A stretch of DNA of 63,722 bases, filler included, from Octopus bimaculoides (Eukaryota), in the NCBI RefSeq assembly GCF_001194135.2. It is 9 parts of 7 records of this genome, joined end to end, with 100 filler letters (N's around TTAATTAATTAA, not from the genome) between each part and the next. Parts side by side here need not be neighbours in the genome. Positions count along the whole stretch, not along the records: positions 1 to 11,814 come from NC_068999.1; 8 more parts are not named here. One strand, written 5' to 3'. The notes under the pieces are model-generated. The model was not told the DNA's origin. It made no database searches and was given only the letters and a program-made list of their open reading frames with translations. Positions 1-11,027 of the stretch are shown one piece after another. Position numbers and translations under genes: made by a program. The number at the start of each line of letters is the position of its first letter. Position 1 is the first letter of the stretch.

Positions 1-80
1 ACGCTCTTCAACAGAAAGAATACGGAGACAAGGAGAAAAACACGGAGAAAAAAAAAATTGAATAGTGTTCAGTCAACGGT

Positions 81-83
<3 letters not shown>
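1..83 (-). mobile_element. PLE-associated terminal repeat fragment, cut by the window edge; carries the 5' half of the hammerhead-like motif
   Basis: Identical to 10947-11027 except for A-run length (10 vs 8). Minus strand reads ...TTCTTT-CTGTTGA-A-GAGCGT. Confidence 0.75.
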
Positions 84-126
<43 letters not shown>

Positions 127-561
127 CACATTTACATGTACGTATGTAGGTATGCATGTATATATACATATATATGTAGGCATGTACATATATGTATGTA
201 TGTATGCATTATGTATGTATGCATGTAGTGATTACGAAAAAGATTGAAATACCAATCTGAGTTTCGTTAGAGTCCTGTATGCTCTTTGTGGGACAGTATG
301 TAGACTGTATGGCTGTAATAAACGTGTCTGTCCTCTCCATCTCTAAAGATTTTATCCAAATTTAGGAATATCGTGTTTGGAAAGTGATCTTCTTAATTGA
401 CCATCGTGCGTCTACGCACCCACAAAGAGCAGTCACATACTCAAACATTCATACACACACGTGCGCACGCACAATCCCACACACACATCTATATCTGTGT
501 AAGCGTGCAAATGTGTGTGTGGGCGTGTGTGTGTGTGTGTGTGGGTGTGCGAATCTGTCTG

Positions 562-598
<37 letters not shown>

Positions 599-2149
599 TT
601 TAAATATGCAGGTGAAACAATATTATTAGACGTCTTAATGAAGAAATCGATATAATTCTTGAAGTGACAGTTTTAATATTATAGAAAATTGAAGTACAAA
701 TAAATATAATCATGTAAATTATATAAATATTGCGTGATTAATTATGATATTAATTATGTATTTATTCTCATAACGAAGAAAATAGTAACACGTTTCTGAA
801 ACAGAACAAGTATGAGTTTGGCAAGTTACAAATATTAAGTATATGAATCATATTTTACAGATGACATTTGCACATTTCTAGTTGTTGGCCTTTTGGGGAT
901 AGAGAGACTACAGCGATGATGTTTACAGAATCTTCGAGATTGGTTCGGTTAAATCAGTACTTGCTACTTTTGGACTGTTGACTGTCGTAATATATGCGAA
1001 AGGAGGGAATTCCTGATATAGGAAACATTAAGGAGAGAAATAACTAGGCGTTTTGACTAGTGATGCAGCTTTGAGTATAGGCACACTATGATAAAGAAAA
1101 AAAACAGAAAAAGAACAAGAGCCGAGAGTTCGGATGAGTACTGGTTAGCCAGATCCCTAGAATGGAGAAAACATGTAGAAAACCAATGTAAGTATGTCAG
1201 TGTGGTAGATATGTTGTTTCTTGTCTGTACCAGATTAGATTCCATGTTCGACCATCAATTATTTAACTTAGAGAATTAACGCTCTGAAGAACTGGGGCAT
1301 TAGCAATAATAGAAAAATTAGAATCGTCAAATAAAGTATGGTTGCTGTGCTATGAGATAGTAATATCTATGCTAGTATGTATGAAGATATGAAGACTTCA
1401 CCGGCAAAAATTCATTTGCTGTTTTAACTGCTGACATTAATATTTTCTCTATTCGACTAATATATGCATGTTTAGTATATATTTGAAAGAAAAACATACA
1501 TTACCATACTATTGTTGTATGCTGTGTCACTATGTAGGACCTGATTCAGAGGTCCAAAGATATATCAGGAGTAATGTTACCCTTTGTATCCAAAATATCA
1601 CTCAATCTGTTTTCTTTTCAAAGGCAATCTGAGAATAATGTCTAGTTTAAGAGATTCCAGAAATTTGACAGCTAGCTCCCATAGAGGATTTCTTCTTGAC
1701 AGTCCAATATTACATCTATGTTGCTGTCATTTAATTCCATATATATTATTTCTAATTATATTGTATAAAATGTGGTTATCCAAAGCACTGCAGATCTGAA
1801 TCATTAAAAAGACATTCAAAGTTAATCTAGGCTTTCTCTTGTGTCAGTGGTCCATATATTTTAAACCGTATAAGAAGTCTATTCAGCATTGCTTCAAGCA
1901 TTCTATATTAATATTTCAATAATTTATATAAGCAATTTGAAATATAATGTTGTATATTGATATAAAGTTTTAGGAATAATCGGAAAGCGAAACGTAATTG
2001 TTTGAACTTTGCCATTCAGAAATCTAATAACATCAATTGGTTTTAAATGTGAAACGAAGGCACAATTTACATCGCCTAAGCCTTGTCAAAATATGAGCTG
2101 TAGTTTTATTTAATACAGTTTATTATAAATAATAAACACAAAAGCAATT

Positions 2150-2890
2150 CCGATTGATATAATATGCTTGGAAACTGCTATTTGAAATGGCTGGCAGAAT
2201 AGATCGTTTGAGAATAATTTATACTGTGCATTAAATGAAAAGCAAATAAAGACATTACAAAATATGATTCAAGATGAAAAGATACGTAATCCTAGTACAC
2301 CTGTAATAATTACAATGAGCTGCCTTTTTTATATTTCGCAAAACGACCTGGAAGTAACTGCTATATGCTATTCATATTTTGATGGAGAACAATCTCGAGA
2401 AAAAAAAAACATTGATGAAATTTACTATCAGATACTGTATGGTTGAGTAAAGGATGGAACTAGAACGGCTAACACACTTTTTTACATGGTAAGTGTACAC
2501 AAAGAGTTGACCTACTTCACGTGTTACACTGAAGAAATGTATATACAAATTCATATTTTCCTGTATCACATAATTTCAGACATTAATGTTCAAATCTATA
2601 AGTCCCTATTTCTAGAAACTTCTTCGTCGCAAAAAAGTACATGGCCATCATTGCAAGGGATATGCCAAAAATCCAAGTATCTTCATCGTGGCGCCAATGT
2701 TCCTTGGAAATGAGCAAAAACTATGAGTCTGAACGTACTACAGATAATACAAGCTGATTTCAGCAATAAGCAATTTCAATATAAAATGAATGGTAGGGCT
2801 CATAATATGAGAAAGTCTAGCATCAACGTTTGCTGTTCAGATACGCTTAAGAAAACATTGGCCCTCTCTGATTTATTGCAGTCTTAGTAT
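2150..2890 (+). pseudogene. Possible ancient RTE-clade LINE ORF2 C-terminal relic
   Basis: Motifs QILYG*VKDGTR and, with frameshifts, STWPSL-ARDMPK..LHRGAN resemble the RTE C-terminus (KQILYG..G.R; TWE.LA.DR.KW). Visual match only. Confidence 0.35.
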
Positions 2891-3087
2891 GTTGGCTAAC
2901 AAAGATTGCAGTATATCATATACAGCAGCAGCCGTAAGATGAAGAGCAGCTTAGAGTAAACTAAATCAGTATATTTTCGGATACGAAATATAGCCAGAAG
3001 TGTAGACACTAGGAATGTCGAAATTCAAATGGTTAAGAAAAGACGGCATTAAAAATGCAGGATGAAAAAGGAAGAAAAGAAATTATG

Positions 3088-3328
3088 CTACAGTAAGTCC
3101 AAAGAAGGAAAACTGGAATAAATTCCCTACAGTAAGTCCAAAGAAGGAAAACTGGAAGAAATTCCCTACAGTAAGTCCAAAAAAGGAAAACTGGAAGAAA
3201 TTCCCTACAGTAAGTCCAAAGAATGAAAACTGGAAGAAATTCCCTACAGTAAGTCCAAAAAAGGAAAACTGGAAGAAATTCTCTACAGTAAGTCCAAATA
3301 AGGAAAACTGGAAGAAATTCCCTACAGA
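3088..3328. repeat. 39-bp minisatellite, 6 full units plus a partial
   Basis: Unit ctacagtaagtccaaa(g/a)aaggaaaactggaagaaattcc starts at 3088, 3127, 3166, 3205, 3244, 3283 and 3322. Confidence 0.95.
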
Positions 3329-4208
3329 AAGACGATACACAAGTTGTCCAAACATTACATTTTCATTTATGTGTTACATATACTTGGTCGTAAATGCTGA
3401 CATCCAAAATTATGTAATCTATATTAACTTTGTGTGTGTGCGTACGCACAACTGCACACGTTTCAGAATTATATATATCTCTGTGTTTATATATATATAC
3501 ATACATCCAGCTATCCAAATGGAGAATTGTTGTAAAAGCATGTAAGGATAAGTCCGCAGTAAACATGCGATTCTACCCTGACTATGAATTCTCATTTTGT
3601 ACCTATCATCATTGATGCATTTTGTTACATACCAGCAAATTTGCACAAAAACTTTGAAATACTCAGACTTTATAGAAAGAGCAAAAGAGTGTGACACGGG
3701 TTCTCCAAATCCAGGCTAACAGTGGCACTGTAACAGATTTGTATGACATTCCCAAAATTCTCCATGTGAGCTACTTATGTGAATAGATGCACACACTTGG
3801 GTGTATGCATCGACAGTTCAACCAACACACCAACTCAGACACGTATTTACAAGCACCGGGAACTCTCATCACTCAAAAGTCTTGACCCTTTGTTAGCAAC
3901 TAGTATGAATTTTCTCGAGAACTTAATTTAAACTCATAGTAAAATAATACAAACAAACACGCACGCATAATGAAGATATGGGTATAGTTTGTCTATTGGC
4001 AATGAAAACTCACAAAATAATAAACAGGCAAAACAATGTGTAACAGGTTTGATTTTGACATGTTTATCTTGAAAATCGATATTATAACAGTTTCCTTCTT
4101 ATGATATGTGTTCATGTAACAGTTTTAAAGATAGACTTATCATAATATATCCTGATAAATGTTTGGCCGGATTATCTTTTATAATTTTGTACATGCATAG
4201 TTACATAG

Positions 4209-4252
<44 letters not shown>

Positions 4253-7079
4253 TATATATGTGTAGATAAATTGATAGATAGACAGACAGAAAGGGAAAGA
4301 GAAACACAGAGAGAGAGAGAGAGAGAGAGAGAAAGAAAGAGAGAGAGAGAGAAAGAGAGAAATCAAGAAATATATGGATAAGCAAGTTACGCAGATCAAT
4401 ATATATAAGTGTATTCTATACGTAGAATATCTGGATCACATCTATGAGCACTACATATATATATGAGTGTATGTGTGTGTGTATATATACGTATGTCTAC
4501 ATATATAAGTTGGTAAATTCAGAGCAGAAATTATTTTCTGCAGAGATATTTTCCGGATTCAGCGCGCCAAAACTAAGACTTTTGAATTTTAATCTTTATA
4601 ATGGATAGAATCAGGTGCACGTTTTCACTGGTTGAAGACAACTAGCACGAGATTCTGTTCGATTGTAAGAATATCGGCAATCTGTACTGAAGATAAATAG
4701 ATACTTTTATTTTGGAAGTATTGATTTTGAAACTTATAGCCTGCAGATAATCGAGGTATGTACAATTTTCACTGGTCTAGCCCGCCTGTTTTTGCTCTGC
4801 TGAATCCGTATTTGAGAATTTTTTAAGTGAGCTTCTTCTAGCATATTGACAGACCGGTCACTGGTCAATCTTATATACACAAGTACTATAATCATTTTAG
4901 GATCTCCAAAAAAAATTTATCATGAACCTTCTGATTCTTTTAATGTGCTAGTTTCATGGTATTAAATTGATATTAATTAATATCGAACTTTTACCATATT
5001 ATGTTAATTATATATATATATATATATATATATGCATACATACATACAAACACAGATACACGCACACATGTGTATATATACATTTTGAGAGAGTCATACT
5101 TAAGCATTAGTATAAATGCATTCATTTCTAACAGTTCACGCAGTAAATGGGTTCAACACAGTTTAATCAGTGGTTAGAAGGAAGTAACGATTAATGTAAC
5201 GTTCTCTTTTTGTGATGTTGTTAAACACAATTTTACTTAATTTTATTTGGTTTAATTATGTATAAAGATTATGGAATTATGTATTTGACGGACTTTACTT
5301 TTATGAAATGGCTGCTGAGTGGGACAGAACGACTGAACTACACGACGAATTTAGGATTTTCTGATATAAATATACATACAGAATTTCATTCATAAAACAC
5401 ACACATGCAGAACCGCACACAAATGCACATGTGCATACCAGCGCATATATATACATATGTACATGTATATGTATAAAGATATATATATATATATATCTAT
5501 ATATATATATATATATATACATCAACTCTAAAAATAGCCAAACACATACTACTGTTGTCCAAATGAATAGGTATAAAAGACAGAAAACCAGCCAGTCTAT
5601 TACAGTCTGTTACAGTCTGTCATACCGGCCATGATGAAATACCACAAGGTATAGAAAATACGTATTCGCCTTTATATATTTATATATTTAATCCTTTATA
5701 TTGAACACTCAATATTTCATATATTCAATAAGACATATTCCATATATTCAATAAGACATTCAATACTTCATTTCATTGTACCATCCATCTTTTTTTATAT
5801 TATATATTATATATTCCATATTCTATATCCCATATAAATTTGACAAGAATATAAATAAAAAACATAAAAAAACAGACAGAGTTGGAATTCTTTTAAATAA
5901 ATAACATATNNNNNNNNNNNNNNNNNNNNNNNNNNNNNNNNNNNNNNNNNNNNNNNNNNNNNNNNNNNNNNNNNNNNNNNNNNNNNNNNTATATATATAT
6001 ATAATACAATGGATTCTAGGCGAACGATAGAGAAAGGAAGTGGGGAAGAACAATGTTTGTCTCTTCTTAACTTAATTGTATATGTAGGTAGATGATTTTG
6101 TGATGTGTTGCTGAGGAACAGATCATAACTAAGCGTTTCCTTTCTTCTGCATGAATCAGGAGTATTTATTTATTCCTAGACAGGGAAGCTGACGGTATTA
6201 AGAGCACAGAAAACAATCAATGATATCTCTTTAACACAAAAAAGACTGCAAGAACCGAAAATAGAAAGAATGACTGCCGAAAATAATTAACCTATGCTTC
6301 TCTTCAAACGTATTATGTAACGTAGCGTTCAATTTTCTTTTGCCTCTCCTAAGATAAAGCTTGTTATTGCGAAAATAAAATGCCCTGTCTTTGTTTACTT
6401 AGGAAACTATTTCATGCTGCGAAAATTCCGGTATAATCACTTCTACGCGTGAATTGATCAAATATTCACTAATGTGAATAATATAGTTTTCTAAATGTGT
6501 AACACGAAGTTATATTTAACGTAGTGGCTTATGTAAAAGAACAAGCAAAGGTGAAAATGAACCATAAATTCTACTGACATGTAGTGACCACCTAAACCCT
6601 AAAGATATTTGGGAAAATTACCCTAGATATCATCCTAGGATAGATAAATAAATAAATGTTTCTTAGGATTTGAATGAGGATTCAAGTACTGGATAGTTAT
6701 ATAACAATTTTTTATTGATCCTTTGTTTTGGACAACAAATATTTAAATACATGGATCGATGCAAATAATATTTATTCGATAACCCTTCAAACAATTAAGA
6801 CGTAACAGTAGGACATTTAGTTAATAGCTCGTGCTTAGTGATATACTTGAATCAAAAATATCACCAGAAGTGTTTGGTTATAGAAGTTGTGCCAGAGCTA
6901 CGTTTGCTGAACTTTAAATCGACTGTGAATGAACAAATCTACATATGCTCAAAGGCTTTCGAGTCCTGATAACGCATCTTCATTTTAGGTGGCTCTAAAT
7001 AATTCAAAATCCCTTATATGCTCTTTCTTTTGAAAGACATTATGGTGTGAGTCAGGTCTCTACACAGAGCCTTGTGAAA

Positions 7080-7320
7080 AAATTAAAACCTCACAGATTT
7101 CATCTTCGCCTTTTTTATTCGGGGGATCACAGTTCGGTATGTTTGCGTTATTGTGAGATCAGTGAAGGTGTTGCTTTCAGAAGCCGTCATGAGTTTTAAA
7201 TCCCACGTATTATGTCCCTATCATTGCTTTGCATGACCTGTGAAAATTCATTAGGGAGGAGAATGACAGACAGCAGCATCGGAAAATCTCTGCAATCGAA
7301 TAAATCTCCCAGGATCTCAA
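7080..7320 (+). pseudogene. Possible Helitron Pif1-helicase relic
   Basis: Collinear fragments KPHRFHL, G.TVRY..I, EA, IPRI, RQ..., NKS across frames resemble PPH.L.LK / NGTR / IPRI / RQFP / TINKSQG. Highly degenerate. Confidence 0.25.
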
Positions 7321-8996
7321 ATTTGTTGAGTAAAACGTAAATTTTATAAACGAATTTCCGAGAAGGTCGTCTCCCAACTATTTCCTCCTATTTATCGTAA
7401 TATCGAGCAAATACTACCTTTGTTACACTATAAGTAGAAATAGCACCGAAAACAAGGTAGGAATCCTTACGACGGTGGTAATAAGCTTTATCAGTGTACA
7501 TGGAAAATGTCAGAAATGCATATTTGATGTTTTGATGAGGTAAAATTCAATTATTCAAAATAATATTTAACTATAAACTATATTGTAGCCTTTAAATCAT
7601 TAATGCCTTTTTCAAACAGATTGTGTTAAGAACAACTGTATATCTTCAAAATTAGTATAGTATGACTGGATAGGAATTTGGATCCCAGTTTTAGCATATC
7701 TATTTACCACATGGATAACCCCTCGTAGATTTGTTGTACAGAAACAACACAAAGAATGTCTTTATCACATATATTTCACTTCTTGGGCCTGAAGTGGAAA
7801 AGAAAAACTGTGTTAAAAGATAGGGGAGGTGTTTGTGTATAACAAGTGTGCCAAATGGGGGGAAAAAGAGTAGAATGTAACAGCTGGTGTAATTTCCCTC
7901 CGCTCCGGAGATCAGAAGCTATTGTAACGGCGGTAGAAAATGCTTAAAAAGCAAAAGTTCAGTGGCAGTCTTATAACTACAATTTCCAAATTTAAAACTG
8001 CATTCTATTAGAAATATTATTTCTACAAAGAATAATACAGAAATTTGTTTCCAATCTAACAATAGCTTGTCTATAGATTTCATTGAAACTGCTGAGTCAT
8101 TACTGTATTTTGGAAAGTTCTAAGGAAATGTTCTTATCTAGAATTTGGTTAAACTCACAGGAGTCAAATATATTTTGCATTCATAAGAATACATTTGTAA
8201 TGTTGTAAGCTTATAGAGGTAATTAAATTGACTTATTCTATCTCAGATTTACTCTGTTAAAGTCATTACTAACCTTAAACAGTTTAACAAAATTTATATA
8301 GAGGAAGTAGATGTATAATATACAGACATGCCTGGGAGTGTCTCTTGAGTGCGGAGTAACTATATCCGAAATCATAGACAAAGGAATATTTACGAAGGTA
8401 CGCTTCCATTTATTCTTAATATTTAAACTACTCCAAACTGCCATTTAAAACTCTTGTGATCCGCCAAAATATTTTCTAATTTCCGTTTATTTCAGAGTTT
8501 CCCATTAATTGTTATCTGTCTTCGTATTTGCTCTTCAGAGATGTAGTAGGTGTGATAGAAGTTATATAATTTGTTCATGAATTACCTCTTACACTGAATG
8601 GATTATTTCACTAAGTGAATGATAGATGAGTTGCAGTTTTCCTCCCTTTCCAAATAACATGACAATGATAAGATGGGAGAAAAATACTGAAGTGGCAGAC
8701 TAAATTGCCTGCAACATTTAAGTTCTTGGAACATTTATTGCGATCTTAAATATGTCAACATCCACTTCTTCGTTCACGAGAATAGAATGGTGAACATACA
8801 TATATACATACACAGATACAACTACCTGCATACATACACACACATATATTTATATTTGTGTAAATGTATACCTATATATATATGTGTGTGTGTGTGTGTG
8901 CATATAAATGTATGCATGCGCGCGCACGCACACACACACAACTATACATACATANNNNNNNNNNNNNNNNNNNNNNNNNNNNNNNNNNNNNNNNNN

Positions 8997-9043
<47 letters not shown>

Positions 9044-9487
9044 GGGTACACGAACCACCAGCCTGCTAGAAAGTGGAAGTAAAACAACACCCCAAGTTAA
9101 CTACCAATCTCACTGAACATATGCAAGGGACCAACACAAATCGGACAAACGCGTGAAATTTAACATACTAACTCAGCTAAAAAGCCTTAGAATGAGATAA
9201 AAGGTATATCTGGATCATGATTTTGAATTCTGGCTAGTCCCACAATTCTTCTCTGCAGGTCTTGTTGTACTTAGAATGAAAAGTCCATCTCGCCTCGTTG
9301 CAATCCGTTACGGTTTGAATAGTCTCACGCCAAATTAAAAACAATTTCAGTGCATAATATGTATATATACATATTTATATAAAGTGAGTAAGTATTGAAA
9401 TAAATAGTCGTAGAGATGCTATTATTATTATTATTATTAGCGGTAAATCTAGATAATTGATACGAGCAATAATAGCACATACATAAA

Positions 9488-9521
<34 letters not shown>

Positions 9522-9538
9522 AAATATATATATAATAT

Positions 9539-9691
9539 GGGCTTCTCTCAGTTTCTCCCTACCAAATCCACAAACAATACTTTGGTCGGCCCAAGGCTAA
9601 AGTAGAAAACACTTGCTCAAGCTAGCACACAGTGGGACTGAACCCAGAACCATGTGGTTGGAAAGTAAGCTTCCTACAGCAACGCCACACC
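9539..9691 (-). mobile_element. tRNA-derived SINE family A (CORE-like), 5' half
   Basis: Minus strand has a tRNA-like head (..ccaaccacatggttctgggttcagtccc), a core ttgagcaagtgttttctact, and tttggtagggagaaactgagagaagccc. Confidence 0.8.
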
Positions 9692-10104
9692 CACTCTCTT
9701 TCTCTTCCTCTATCATTTTTCCCCCTCTCGTTCTTCCTCTTTACTACTACGTATCTCGCATTGCCCCTCTCGTTCTTCCTCTGTTACTTTTACGTATCTC
9801 TTTTTCCTCCCTCGTACTTCCTCTTTCTCTTTTCCTCTCGTTGCTCACTTAATCTTCTACTTCCTCCCTTTGTTTCTCCCTCTACCACTCTCTCTTCCCC
9901 TTACACCGGCATGGTCACATGCTTCCGGTCAATAATCCTTTTCTTCCTTGGCTATCGCCGAGCAAACACGCGTAACTACATCGTCCCTTTCAAGTTCGTG
10001 CCTCACAGCATTCATACGCAGATAATTTTTTCTCGTCTGGCCGTAAAGCCTTTTCTGTTTGTTTTTTGTCCGCCACTACATTCCTCCATGGCAAGATTTA
10101 ATTT

Positions 10105-10400
10105 GTGTATACAAATTTAATTTGCGGTCCATGGGAAGAACAATTTTAACGATGCGTCCTGCCTAGCTCTTCGAAACGCCGTTATTAAAACGGAGGTAGC
10201 TGATGAAGTAGAATGTTCTCTATGTGCCTTGTGTGTTTTCCCGTCTACGTTTTGTTTGCAATGTCCTGTACTCAGATATGCACCTATACATACAGGTGGA
10301 TGTCGGTACGCACATACATGTACGTATATATGCATATACTCATTTACTATTTGTTTATATATATAATGGAAATAGGTTTCAAAGAGAAAAGAGACTACAC
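10105..10400 (+). mobile_element. Dispersed repeat family D (homologous to 45975-46215 on the minus strand)
   Basis: Shared blocks tttaatttgc / ggga..aac / ttttaacga..gcgt / tcgaaa / ctgatgaag / t.tatgt..tgtgt. Confidence 0.55.
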
Positions 10401-10666
10401 GTGGTAGAAATAGGGGAAAATTAAAAAAGAAAATGCACATTGAATATAATATATATAATTGCATACATACATAAAATTAGATGAACTGAGGTTGAATGAA
10501 GAGGTATCAAAATCCTTATTATGAATTGTTAAGGATATAAAGAGTCATACCGGAATCCTCAAAAGCTGTACACTAAGAGAATAGCTTTTGCCGATACCGG
10601 TATCTTTAACAATTCATAATAATGACTTTTATTATACCTCTTAATTCTACCTCAGTTCATCTAAGT

Positions 10667-10710
<44 letters not shown>

Positions 10711-10783
10711 CGTTACTTTTATTTTATCCAATGTGCATTTTCTCCTTTTTCTATTACTCATCCCCGTGTATATATATTATATA

Positions 10784-10838
<55 letters not shown>

Positions 10839-10840
<2 letters not shown>

Positions 10841-11027
10841 GAGAATATACAAATAATAACAACAGACGAGGACAGGTGGTGTAAATAACAAAAGTATATA
10901 TTAGTATGACGCTCGGGAATACGGAAAGTCTTTGACGTTTCGAGCTACGCTCTTCAACAGAAAGAATACGGAGACAAGGAGAAAAACACGGAGAAAAAAA
11001 ATTGAATAGTGTTCAGTCAACGGTCAA
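10839..11027 (-). mobile_element. PLE-associated terminal repeat, best-preserved copy
   Basis: Homologous to 1-83, 13111-13235, 30243-30308 and 45400-45545. Ends at ATTCTCCC next to (TA)n. Confidence 0.85.
10929..10965 (-). ncRNA. Minimal type I hammerhead-ribozyme-like motif with variant core
   Basis: RNA UCUUU-CUGUUGA-A-GAGC(GUA)GCUC-GAAA-CGUC^AAAGA. Stem I 5 bp, stem II 4 bp, palindromic ACGU stem III, GUC triplet; predicted cut between 10934 and 10933. Confidence 0.65.

Noticed and set aside
65-629. YI/HT/CV-repeat ORFs throughout the window
   Set aside because: (TA)n, (CA)n and (TG)n lack stops by composition; there is no coding evidence.
3088-3328. Regular 39-bp repeats as a CRISPR array
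   Set aside because: Units are contiguous with no unique spacers, there are no cas genes, and the context is eukaryotic.
9632-10120. 162-aa ORF
   Set aside because: It starts in a SINE and crosses a pyrimidine-rich low-complexity tract; the composition explains the lack of stops.
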